Positions 21,632 to 29,761 of a stretch of 64,000 nucleotides of DNA are shown here, one piece after another. A program made the translations under genes and the position numbers. This DNA comes from an uncultured Candidatus Saccharibacteria bacterium (GTDB lineage Bacteria; Patescibacteriota; WWE3; 2-01-FULL-39-13), in assembly GCA_965230915.1 (NCBI GenBank), contig OZ246395.1:204019-268018 (forward strand). The letters run 5' to 3'. The notes below the pieces were generated by a model, which worked only from the letters and a program-made list of their open reading frames with translations, did no database searches and had not been told where the DNA came from. The stretch's first letter is position 1. The number at the start of each line of letters is the position of its first letter.

Positions 21632-22153
21632 TTAAGCTTTCTTTTCCTTGATAGCGTTTAATGCTCTAACAAAATTACCTTGAACTCCCTTACTTGCATA
21701 CATAAAGCCACGGATAGGAGCGTTGAATCCACCCATAACCTGTGCCAATAAAACTTCTCTTGAAGGAAGTTTTGAAAAAGCCTCAACTTTATCACCAGTA
21801 AGTGCCTGACCGTTTAAAACACCCATTATTACTGCACCTTTTTCATTTTTCTTAATGAAATCAAAAAGAATCTTAATAGGTTCAACAACATCATCTGAAG
21901 TAGGTATAACCATAGCGTTTTGTCCTTGTAGGACTTTTTCATCTGCTTTAGCTCCTAATTTTTCGATAATTCTTGAAATTAAGGTATTTTTAACAACTTT
22001 TAATTTAGTGCCAGATTTGGCCAATTCTCCGCGAAGGGCATTGATTTCATTAACGCCAATTTTGGAGTAATTGAATACTACAGTTGTTCCATTTGTAAGC
22101 TCATTTGAAATTTCTTCAACGAGTTGTTTTTTTGCTTCTAAATTTTTGGACAT
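21632..22153 (-). CDS. rplJ: 50S ribosomal protein L10.
   Basis: Typical L10 N-terminus '...VVFNYSKIGVNEINALRGELAKSGTKLKVVKNTL'; lies immediately upstream of rplL. Confidence 0.9.
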   Translation of the reverse strand: MSKNLEAKKQLVEEISNELTNGTTVVFNYSKIGVNEINALRGELAKSGTKLKVVKNTLISRIIEKLGAKADEKVLQGQNAMVIPTSDDVVEPIKILFDFIKKNEKGAVIMGVLNGQALTGDKVEAFSKLPSREVLLAQVMGGFNAPIRGFMYASKGVQGNFVRALNAIKEKKA

Positions 22154-22270
22154 AATTTTTCCTCGGTAGGGTGGGAGGCCAAACAGCCTTTTAACTTGGG
22201 TCCCTACTGTCTATGGAATTAATTGACTGGTGAAAGTTTAAATTGGGTAAATACTTATGTCAATAGGGAT
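22154..22270 (-). promoter_or_regulatory. Candidate rplJ (L10) leader / autoregulatory 5'UTR.
   Basis: 117-nt untranslated gap directly upstream of rplJ, which is the position of the L10-leader RNA motif in other bacteria. Structure was not verified. Confidence 0.3.
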
Positions 22271-23650
22271 TTATTCAGGCTTTGGGAGCCTTGTTCCATA
22301 TAAGTCAGCTATCATCCAAGCAAAATGGAATGCAATATTTTGATCTAATATATAAGCTTTTTTACCTCTGATTTGAGTAAGTAGTGGGTCGATTTCTAGG
22401 TCAAATGCACCTTTAAAGGTAGTTCTATTTACTATATGTTCGATCATCTGCCTTGTTTCTGTATCTTCACCATTTAGAGTTCTCTGGAGTTCGCGCTTTG
22501 TACCTTTAAATCCGTTTGGGTCACCTTTAACAACAATATGGGAACATCTACGTGCTAGGGTAGCGAAAACTTCTTGCCATGTGATTTTCTCTGTTTTGGT
22601 AGCTCTTTCAGGATAACTAACTGTGTTGCCATCTACGCCGGATTTTATTTGAAGTAGGTCGATAAAAGGTAAAATGTCATATCGTAAATACAAATTTAGC
22701 AAAGCATCCATAGGTGATAGTCCGAGGGCATTTGAATAAAGTACGCTAACAGGTCTATATGGATGGTCGGCTTTGTATTTTATTGCTTCAGATGGATTAT
22801 AAAAAGCCATAGTCGCTTCTCTAAACATTAGCGAGTATAAAGTATGTGCCTGTTCTGAAAATTTATGAGATGGGGTTATCGCAAATTCAGTTGTTATATC
22901 ATTAACCACGCGTATAAGTGCTAGTCTATATTGTTCTATGCTTTCTGCATTTCCTAATATATTCGAAGCATATTCAAAGGCTTTCTCCCATCTTTCTATT
23001 AGTGGAAGTGTTTTAGGAGCAATAATAGGCGAGCGTGTTGTGATAATTTTTATGGGTAAATCACGGTCTATAGCTTCCGGCCAGTTATCTTTTAGTGATC
23101 GCCTAAATGGGTGGTATGCTGAGCCACCGTACCATTGCTTAAGAAGCGTGGCAGCATCGTGTTGAACTTCCAATGAGCCTTTTTTCCCGGATGAAATTCG
23201 GGGAGCAAAACTTGACCATGATATTACAAGTCTATCTCTGAGTTGCCCAATATCTTTTGATGCTGCCTTAGCAAGTTCCTCTCGGTTCTTATTATATGCT
23301 GGAGTTGCTATGTTTAGTTCTGATAGGTGTAACTGTGATTTAGATTCGGGCGTAAGAGGCTCGTTACTATCACTTGTTTCTATTTCTAATTTTTTATCTG
23401 CTTCATAGTTGTCCGTAGACCGGAAAAATCTGCTTCTTAATGTATATTTCCGTTCTTGGCGAGGGCTCATTGTATAGACCTCTACTTTTGGATGATCAGC
23501 GTCGGGTTCTGGGAACGTTTCAATTGGTGGTTCATCAGTATATTCGGTCGGCTGTTGTGGATAGCCAGTTGGGTAATTGTATCCTTGTATTGTCTCAGGC
23601 TGTTCTTCTGGCAGATCTTCGTTTGGGAAATTTTCAAAATCATTTAGCAT
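22271..23650 (-). CDS. Hypothetical protein (459 aa) with an acidic, Pro-rich, disordered N-terminal ~120 aa and a ~340-aa globular C-terminal domain. No recognisable motifs.
   Basis: Long intact ORF with host-like codon usage, sitting between rplA and rplJ on the same strand. I recognised no known family. Confidence 0.7.
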   Translation of the reverse strand: MLNDFENFPNEDLPEEQPETIQGYNYPTGYPQQPTEYTDEPPIETFPEPDADHPKVEVYTMSPRQERKYTLRSRFFRSTDNYEADKKLEIETSDSNEPLTPESKSQLHLSELNIATPAYNKNREELAKAASKDIGQLRDRLVISWSSFAPRISSGKKGSLEVQHDAATLLKQWYGGSAYHPFRRSLKDNWPEAIDRDLPIKIITTRSPIIAPKTLPLIERWEKAFEYASNILGNAESIEQYRLALIRVVNDITTEFAITPSHKFSEQAHTLYSLMFREATMAFYNPSEAIKYKADHPYRPVSVLYSNALGLSPMDALLNLYLRYDILPFIDLLQIKSGVDGNTVSYPERATKTEKITWQEVFATLARRCSHIVVKGDPNGFKGTKRELQRTLNGEDTETRQMIEHIVNRTTFKGAFDLEIDPLLTQIRGKKAYILDQNIAFHFAWMIADLYGTRLPKPE

Positions 23651-23726
23651 TCTAATTTATCGAGGATTCTAGCAAATGATTTTTATGTTGCAAGTTTTAG
23701 TGAATTTAAAGCCTGGGTTATAGTGA

Positions 23727-24560
23727 TTACGCTACAATCTTTACGCTAGGGCTCATAGTTGAGCAAACGTATACACCAGTTATGAATTTTTTCTTTATTT
23801 TAGCCGGAGTATTTTTGTTAAGTTCAGCTAATAGGTGAGAAATGTTAGCAACCAATTCTTCGTCTTTAAAGCTTAGGTTTCCAACTGTTTGGTGGATAAC
23901 CGCATGGCTTGGTTGTGTTTTAACTTCGATTTGGCCTTTAGATAATTCTTCAATAGCTTTCTCTGGTTTGTCTGTAACAGTGCCTGTCTTTGGTGAAGGC
24001 ATTAATCCTTTTGGACCTAAAATTTTTGCGGCTTTAGCAATGTCTTTCATGGTAGCAGGGGTAGCAATAACGATATTAAAATCTGTGTCAGCTTTTAATT
24101 TTCCTGAAACAATTTCATCAACAGCTGAAGCATCTCTGTAAGTTACATCACCTTTAGTTCCGGAATTTTCTGTTCCGATAACAAGAATTTTTACTTTTTT
24201 GCCAATTCCATGAGGTAAAGTGGTGATAAATCGAACTCTTTGATCAGATTTTGATTTGTCGATTCCCAAGTTGATATGAAGTTCTACAGATTCGTTGAAT
24301 TTTGCGTATGCAGCTTTTCTGATTTCTTTTACCGCCTCAGAAACTGATACTGATTTATCTTTATTTAATGCTTTTCTAGCAGCAGTATATTTTGCTCCAC
24401 GAGTTTTTTTAGCACCTTTTTTAATCATAGCCTTCTTTTTAGGAGCTTCTTCTACGGTTTCAGGTTTTGTAGTTTCTACTGGCTCAGTAGGAATAGCCAT
24501 ATCTGCTAAGTTTTCTAGCGCTTCTGGAGTTACTGATTTGTCGACGATTTTTTTAGCCAT
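23727..24560 (-). CDS. rplA: 50S ribosomal protein L1 with a ~44-aa N-terminal extension, or an alternative start at internal Met45.
   Basis: '...AKFNESVELHINLGIDKSKSDQRVRF...LPHG...KVKILVIG...' L1 core. An 8-nt gap to rplK supports the long form. Confidence 0.85.
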   Translation of the reverse strand: MAKKIVDKSVTPEALENLADMAIPTEPVETTKPETVEEAPKKKAMIKKGAKKTRGAKYTAARKALNKDKSVSVSEAVKEIRKAAYAKFNESVELHINLGIDKSKSDQRVRFITTLPHGIGKKVKILVIGTENSGTKGDVTYRDASAVDEIVSGKLKADTDFNIVIATPATMKDIAKAAKILGPKGLMPSPKTGTVTDKPEKAIEELSKGQIEVKTQPSHAVIHQTVGNLSFKDEELVANISHLLAELNKNTPAKIKKKFITGVYVCSTMSPSVKIVA

Positions 24561-24568
24561 GTTTATAT

Positions 24569-24988
24569 TTATGCTTCAACTTCTACACCCATACTTCTTG
24601 CTGATCCGGCAATTATTTTCATTGCTTGTTCGACGCTGTTAGCGTTTAGGTCAGGCATCTTCTTTTCAGCAATTTCTCGAAGCTGAGCTTGAGTAATTTT
24701 GCCGATTTTTGTTTTATTAGGTTCTCCTGATGCTTTGTCTTTTCCGATAGCTTTAAGAATTAAGCTGGTTGCAGGAGGTGTTTTAAGAATAAATGTGAAT
24801 GATCCGCCTTCGAAGATTGTGACTTCAGCTGGAACAATTCCATCCATACCTTGAGTTCTTTGATTGAATTCAGTACAGAAAGCCATAATCTGAACTCCGT
24901 GTTGACCAAGTGCTGGTCCGATAGGTGGAGCTGGATTAGCTTTTCCGGCTTGAATATTTAATTTTAGGATTGTTTTAACCTTTGGCAT
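24569..24988 (-). CDS. rplK: 50S ribosomal protein L11.
   Basis: [42 protein letters not shown]... canonical L11. Confidence 0.9.
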   Translation of the reverse strand: MPKVKTILKLNIQAGKANPAPPIGPALGQHGVQIMAFCTEFNQRTQGMDGIVPAEVTIFEGGSFTFILKTPPATSLILKAIGKDKASGEPNKTKIGKITQAQLREIAEKKMPDLNANSVEQAMKIIAGSARSMGVEVEA

Positions 24989-25044
24989 GTTAATTTTGCT
25001 TGCTTATTATATAAAACTGTTCGAAAAAAGGGAAGTTTTTTCGT

Positions 25045-25632
25045 TTATGCTGGCTCTACTTGTGTAAAGTCAACTTCGACAGGAGTTTCGCGATCGAAAA
25101 CAGAAACTAATACTTCTAAACGACCCTGATCTGTCATAACCTTGCTGACTTTTCCTAAGAAATCCTTGAAAGCACCAGCATTAATCTTAACTGCATCTCC
25201 TTCTTTGAATTTGGCTTCAAATCTTGGAGCATCTAATTTCATAAATTTAACGATAGAATCAACTTCTTTTTTAGAAAGTGGAGTAGGGCGGTTTCCGATT
25301 CCGACGAATCCGGTAACTCCTGGAGTAGTTCGAATTGCGTGCCATACATTATCGTCTATAACAGCTTTTACCAAGATATATCCTGGGAACATACGTTCGT
25401 CGACTTCTTTCTTTTTACCGCTAGAAATAACGATTTTCTTTTGTGTAGGAATTAAAACTTCATTAATGCGGTCAGTAAGATCCATAACACGGACGCGTTC
25501 CCCTAAAGTAATAGCGACCTTTCTTTCGTGACCTGAATAGGTGTGAACCACAAACCATTTTGCTTCTGGATTTGGTCTATCTGTAAATTTTAAGCCTGTT
25601 GGGGCTTCCATTTGGATTGCTTCTTCTGCCAT
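25045..25632 (-). CDS. nusG: Transcription termination/antitermination factor NusG.
   Basis: 'KWFVVHTYSGHERKV' NGN domain and C-terminal KOW 'FKEGDAVKINAGAFKDFLGKV'. Position is between secE and rplK. Confidence 0.9.
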   Translation of the reverse strand: MAEEAIQMEAPTGLKFTDRPNPEAKWFVVHTYSGHERKVAITLGERVRVMDLTDRINEVLIPTQKKIVISSGKKKEVDERMFPGYILVKAVIDDNVWHAIRTTPGVTGFVGIGNRPTPLSKKEVDSIVKFMKLDAPRFEAKFKEGDAVKINAGAFKDFLGKVSKVMTDQGRLEVLVSVFDRETPVEVDFTQVEPA

Positions 25633-25643
25633 TTCTTTTTTAA

Positions 25644-25823
25644 TTAAATGAATGCTTTAAATACTGCACTAAAAACGTAGTCTAATAGACCCATATAAAT
25701 GCTGACGATAAGACTAACAATAATAACAACCTGCGTCAATCTTATAGTTTCTTTTCGAGTAGGCCAAATTACCTTTTTTAATTCGTCTCGAGTTTCATTT
25801 ATGAATTTACTGGGATTAAACAC
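25644..25823 (-). CDS. secE: Preprotein translocase subunit SecE (59 aa, below the ORF-track cutoff). Probable GTG start.
   Basis: Manual translation of the minus strand gives VFNPSKFINETRDELKKVIWPTRKETIRLTQVVIIVSLIVSIYMGLLDYVFSAVFKAFI*. This is the conserved 'ELKKVxWPxxxE' SecE motif plus a single TM, directly upstream of nusG. Confidence 0.5.
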   Translation of the reverse strand: MFNPSKFINETRDELKKVIWPTRKETIRLTQVVIIVSLIVSIYMGLLDYVFSAVFKAFI

Positions 25824-25891
25824 TGCACTAGTATAGCAAGTAGCTATCTATATTGCTATACGGTACTTGCTCTTTTTCATGTTTTGCCATG

Positions 25892-25990
25892 AAAGTAGCA
25901 AACCAGCTGTTAAATAACTAGATGAACGTTTGCTCTTTCGCCGTTTTCGCAAAAAGTAGCAAACAAGCCATTATCTGACTAGACGAACAT
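25892..25990. repeat. Two imperfect 38-nt direct repeats (25892-25929 and 25953-25990; 30/38 identical; consensus AAAGTAGCAAAC-AGC--TTA--T-ACTAGA-GAAC-T) plus flanking inverted repeats, in the secE / ORF-26254 divergent intergenic region.
   Basis: Direct sequence comparison. Nearby palindromes are TTTCATGttttgcCATGAAA (25875-25894) and GTTTGCT...AGCAAAC (25928-25964). Confidence 0.5.
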
Positions 25991-26253
25991 ATAGTGGAAA
26001 ACTCATAGTAAAGTCTGTATAATTCCTGACGGACCAAATCCAAGGTGCTTGGATCTCGTCCAGCAAGGTTCTTAATAAAATTAAGAGAAAGTGAGTCGCA
26101 AAATGCGTCGCAAGCCAGATTCCGATAAGTAAAATACGGATGGCGAAGTAAATCCTCCATAGCTTCTCTTAGGGGAGCAGTTCGGCATAAGGGCCAAAAT
26201 CCTTATATCAACTGCTCTCCTGGTTATTTTCTATTTCAAAATTTTCTGTAATA

Positions 26254-26961
26254 ATGGCTGATATGAGTTCGATGGCAGATCTTTTAGCAGAAGATCTTCA
26301 AGAAGATTTAGAAGAGCCCAAAAATATCCCACCTCAAAACGTTAACCCTCAAAATCAACTTTCTATAGAAGAACAAAATAAATTGCCTCCAATTGGCGAA
26401 GATATCCAATGTATTACCCATGCCTGCATTGAACAATTAAATGGATTAAATTTGCCTCCGAATAATTCAAGTTCTGGAGTATATCTTGTGTGTAGCAATA
26501 TTTTGCATGTCCAACACGCAGCCGCTGTTGAATATGCAAAACAGTATGAAAATGGGTTAGTACCATTTGACCATTTTATGAGAGATATTCTTCCGATAAT
26601 TAAAGCTGAAGATGCAAGGTTATTTTCGAATTATGTAAATATTTTTGATTCGCTAGAGGGTCGAAATGATAGGGTAATAGGAGGTAGTTTTTACGATAGA
26701 GTATCAGTTTTAGCTTCTATAATTACATTTAAAGCTAGATGTGAGCACCAGGCTGCTATATGGGAAACAACCGACAAGTTTTGGTATTTTGCCCAAGAGG
26801 TATATCAGAAATATGCCTTATATGAAGACAAGATTTCACATCTTAATACAACCGATTCTGAAAAGGCCGGATTTAAAGAGTGGCTTCTTCTAAATTTTCC
26901 TAAAAATATAATCAGCGCGTGGGTTTCTTCTATTAGAGCTCAACCTCAAGCAGCTGTATAA
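26254..26961 (+). CDS. Hypothetical protein (235 aa) with an acidic N-terminus.
   Basis: ORF only; no recognised motifs. Confidence 0.55.
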   Translation: MADMSSMADLLAEDLQEDLEEPKNIPPQNVNPQNQLSIEEQNKLPPIGEDIQCITHACIEQLNGLNLPPNNSSSGVYLVCSNILHVQHAAAVEYAKQYENGLVPFDHFMRDILPIIKAEDARLFSNYVNIFDSLEGRNDRVIGGSFYDRVSVLASIITFKARCEHQAAIWETTDKFWYFAQEVYQKYALYEDKISHLNTTDSEKAGFKEWLLLNFPKNIISAWVSSIRAQPQAAV

Positions 26962-26992
26962 ATTTTCATTTAATACATATACAATAAATTCA

Positions 26993-27451
26993 ATGCCACA
27001 CTATAAAGAGAACGATAAAGAATTAGAAAAAATTATATCGCCATCCGGTTTTGAAGATCGAAAGCCACTTACTGTAAAAGAAGCTGCAAAAACATTCCGC
27101 TTACACCGCGTGTCGGTTAAAAATGCTTGGAACGGCGTGGTTACGGCATTCTTAACACAACCAAACTTCAGAATACATTTAGTGTTCTTTTTACTTGTAA
27201 CTTTAATGAGTTTTTATTTTCAAATAACACTTTTTGAGTACGTTTCGATCGTAGTGGTTAGTGCTCTAGTTATAGTTTGTGAAATGGTTAATACCGCTGT
27301 CGAGGCCGTTAGTGACGAAGTCGCTCAAGGTGAGTACAGAAGATTAATCGGAGTTGCAAAAGATGTTGCAGCGGGGGCAGTTTTGCTTTCAGCCTGTTTT
27401 GCCATTTTAGTAGCCATATTAATTTTTGGACCAAGAATCATAGCAATTTAG
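26993..27451 (+). CDS. dgkA: Diacylglycerol/undecaprenol kinase (DgkA family).
   Basis: 'NFRIHL...' , three TM helices, 'EMVNTAVEAVSD' and 'AKDVAAGAVLL' DAGK_prokar motifs. Confidence 0.75.
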   Translation: MPHYKENDKELEKIISPSGFEDRKPLTVKEAAKTFRLHRVSVKNAWNGVVTAFLTQPNFRIHLVFFLLVTLMSFYFQITLFEYVSIVVVSALVIVCEMVNTAVEAVSDEVAQGEYRRLIGVAKDVAAGAVLLSACFAILVAILIFGPRIIAI

Positions 27452-27502
27452 CTAATTAAGCGAGCTTGAACTCTTCAACCTAGACATATATAGTTAATTC
27501 AC

Positions 27503-28126
27503 ATGTTAATCTCACTTCTTTTTGAAAATCCAATCGTTGCTCTTATGGTTTTTGCTTCACTAATAACAGCTTTAGCATTTCACGAATATGCGCATGCATA
27601 TGCTGCAACCAAAATGGGCGATCCAACACCAAGAATGCAGGGAAGGCTAACTTTAAATCCATTGGCCCATTTAGATGCTCTTGGATCATTACTATTAATA
27701 TTCACCGGAATAGGTTGGGGTAAACCAGTGGAATTTAACCCCGCATATATGAAAAATGTCAGACGCGACGCAGCGATTGTCGCTTTCGCTGGGCCGCTTT
27801 CTAACATTGCGCTTGCTATAGTTGCAACGGGATTACTGTATATAACAAACATGATGCCAGCACTTAGCTATATAAGTATGGCTTTGGCTTTCTTTGTGAC
27901 TCTAAATATCGCTTTGGCTGTTTTTAATTTAATTCCTGTAGAACCATTAGATGGATTTAAAGTTGTTGCCGGTATACTGCCACCACATTTGGCACGCCAG
28001 TGGGAAGAGCTTCGGCCTTATGGAATTTATGTTCTTTTGGTTCTTTATTTCACTCGAATGATCGATAAGTGGATATTCCCGGTTGCAGATTTTATATCTA
28101 ACTTTTTATTACAGGGAATTCGCTAA
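27503..28126 (+). CDS. Peptidase M50 family site-2-protease-like zinc metalloprotease (small form without PDZ).
   Basis: HEYAHA (HExxH) in the first TM, 'LTLNPLAHLDALGS', and 'NLIPVEPLDGFKV' (LDG motif). Confidence 0.75.
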   Translation: MLISLLFENPIVALMVFASLITALAFHEYAHAYAATKMGDPTPRMQGRLTLNPLAHLDALGSLLLIFTGIGWGKPVEFNPAYMKNVRRDAAIVAFAGPLSNIALAIVATGLLYITNMMPALSYISMALAFFVTLNIALAVFNLIPVEPLDGFKVVAGILPPHLARQWEELRPYGIYVLLVLYFTRMIDKWIFPVADFISNFLLQGIR

Positions 28127-28308
28127 ATTCGTTATCCCGAAGAGGTTTCTTGTGTGTTAAAATTTTCAAGTCCAATTGTAATGATCTGGAGCGATCTTTT
28201 TTAGATTTGGAAGTTTTGAATTTTTTATGAATATTCTGGAGGTAGCTTGAGACTACTGGCTCAAGCGTAAAGCCGTAAGTATGTGAATAAAAAATTCAAA
28301 ACGAACAA

Positions 28309-28384
28309 GCCTGGATAGCTCAGTTGGTAGAGCACGTCCATGGTAAGGACGGGGTCCCGAGTTCAAATCTCGGTTCAGGCTCCA
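28309..28384 (+). tRNA. tRNA-Thr (anticodon GGU), CCA encoded.
   Basis: Manual cloverleaf: acceptor GCCTGGA/TTCAGGC, D-arm TAGCTCAGTTGGTAGAGCA, anticodon stem CGTCC/GGACG with loop ATGGTAA, T-arm CCGAGTTCAAATCTCGG, discriminator T then CCA. Confidence 0.9.
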
Positions 28385-28415
28385 TTTTAGATTTATTGTT
28401 TTTCATTAGCGACCC

Positions 28416-28491
28416 GCCGTTTTAGCTCAGTTGGTAGAGCAGCGGTTTTGTAAACCGCAGGTCCTGAGTTCGAGCCTCAGAAACGGCTCCA
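28416..28491 (+). tRNA. tRNA-Thr (anticodon UGU), CCA encoded.
   Basis: Acceptor GCCGTTT/AAACGGC, anticodon stem GCGGT/ACCGC with loop TTTGTAA, T-arm CTGAGTTCGAGCCTCAG, then T-CCA. Confidence 0.9.
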
Positions 28492-28607
28492 TTTTTCACC
28501 CTAATCACAGACCTATAGTATTGCAATTTTCCTGGTTTTAATTTATAATTATGCCCGCTAATCTAAATTAGCAGCGGAAATTCTACTCACTATGAAGGAG
28601 AGAAAAG

Positions 28608-28988
28608 ATGATCGCCGTAGCACCAGGTATAGAGGTTGAGATGGATGGTTCTGTCGTCGACGAGGCGCCAGTTGTTGTTCGGTCGCCCTTTTCGATGGGC
28701 TACGTTGGGCATGCGACATGGAAGCCATTACGGAACTTTCTTCTTAATCGCGCCGACTTACCGTTCGAAAGGATCCTGGCCTTAGGCCGGCACCTCGGCA
28801 TTGCCGAAGGCGCACTATGGGCCGAAGGGATCAACTTGGGGATTCCCAAGAATCGTCGGTATCGTTTTGTTTCGAACTTTGTAACCGCCGTCATGGCTGA
28901 CGCCAAGCCTCCTGTTGGAGCCGATGGCAAACGGCCTAAGTACGACAAGTTCGCGACGTTGAAAAAGCTCAAGGCCGCAATCGCCTAG
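28608..28988 (+). CDS. Hypothetical protein (126 aa) encoded by a conspicuously GC-rich gene (~55% GC, high GC3), likely horizontally acquired.
   Basis: Strong SD GAAGGAGAG 7 nt upstream. Codon usage (GTC GTC GAC GAG GCG CCA...) is unlike neighbouring genes. Flanked upstream by tRNA-Thr and a near-palindrome CCGCTAATctaaATTAGCaGCGG (28555-28577). Confidence 0.6.
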   Translation: MIAVAPGIEVEMDGSVVDEAPVVVRSPFSMGYVGHATWKPLRNFLLNRADLPFERILALGRHLGIAEGALWAEGINLGIPKNRRYRFVSNFVTAVMADAKPPVGADGKRPKYDKFATLKKLKAAIA

Positions 28989-29002
28989 AGCTAATCCGCT
29001 TG

Positions 29003-29071
29003 GCCCAGGTATAGTGGTTTATTTACTCTTCGGAGTCTAAATATAACTGCTATGCCTGGGTCTTTTTTTTT
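29003..29071 (+). terminator. Intrinsic terminator after the GC-rich gene.
   Basis: GCCCAGGTATAG ... CTATgCCTGGGtC long imperfect stem followed by T9. Confidence 0.5.
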
Positions 29072-29335
29072 GTTTGACTTATAAATTTCATCAGATACAA
29101 TCGAAATATGAGAGTAATCTCAAACCTGCTGTGATCGTACATAATATAAAAGCGATCATTACAAGCTTTAACCGGGGTATTCGAATCTCGGTAAAGGAAA
29201 CTTTATCGGTGAGAATTAGCCCAAATGTCAGACCATCATGGTCGGCTACATTATGCACGGCACGGCGGGTCTATATTTACTAAAATTACATAGTTGTACT
29301 AGCTTTATAAAAAGCTTGTTGTTATAATATCGACC

Positions 29336-29515
29336 ATGGCTAAGAAGGGAAAAGGACATCGTCAAATGATGTTGTGGGCTTGCAGCAAATGCGGCAACAA
29401 AAATTACATAACAGAAAAGAATAAAATCAACACTACTGATAAATTGGAAATGAATAAATTCTGCAAGACTTGCCAGGAACATACTTCTCACAAAGAAAAT
29501 ACTAGACTTAAATAA
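29336..29515 (+). CDS. rpmG: 50S ribosomal protein L33 (59 aa, below the ORF-track cutoff).
   Basis: Manual translation: MAKKGKGHRQMMLWACSKCGNKNYITEKNKINTTDKLEMNKFCKTCQEHTSHKENTRLK*. Shows the L33 Cys4 zinc-ribbon pattern (CxxC...CxxC) and a K-rich N-terminus. TATAAT at 29323-29328, only ~8 nt from the ATG, suggests a leaderless transcript. Confidence 0.8.
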   Translation: MAKKGKGHRQMMLWACSKCGNKNYITEKNKINTTDKLEMNKFCKTCQEHTSHKENTRLK

Positions 29516-29581
29516 AGTCGCTAAAGTCTCCAAATGACAAAATATCTCTTGCCATCTATAATTCGTCTATTGTTTTTATAT

Positions 29582-29656
29582 AGGCGGGTCGGTTAATCGG
29601 TAAACCACGGGTCTCCAAAACCCGGACTGTGGGTTCGAGGCCCACCCCGCCTGCCA
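29582..29656 (+). tRNA. tRNA-Trp (anticodon CCA), CCA encoded.
   Basis: Acceptor AGGCGGG/CCCGCCT, D-arm GGTTaatcggtaAACC, anticodon stem CGGGT/ACCCG with loop CTCCAAA, T-arm GTGGGTTCGAGGCCCAC, then G-CCA. Confidence 0.9.
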
Positions 29657-29761
29657 TTTTCAGTATATCCTCAGCCATTTCTACTGTTAGTTCATAACTC
29701 GGTTAACATTTGTTCATAATTTGTTAATAAATTTTTCAAGATGTATAGTTAAATTTAAATA

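Noticed and set aside
25918-26160. 80-aa minus-strand ORF in the secE upstream intergenic region.
   Set aside because: It overlaps the 38-nt direct repeats and palindromes, has no convincing RBS, and shows no recognisable protein features. I cannot fully exclude a small protein.
28309-28491. Possibility that the first tRNA is tRNA-Tyr (GUA) rather than Thr.
   Set aside because: The anticodon-stem register (CGTCC/GGACG) places GGT at positions 34-36, and the variable arm is short (5 nt), unlike tRNA-Tyr.
29246-29533. 95-aa minus-strand ORF.
   Set aside because: It is antisense to the clearly recognisable L33 gene (rpmG).
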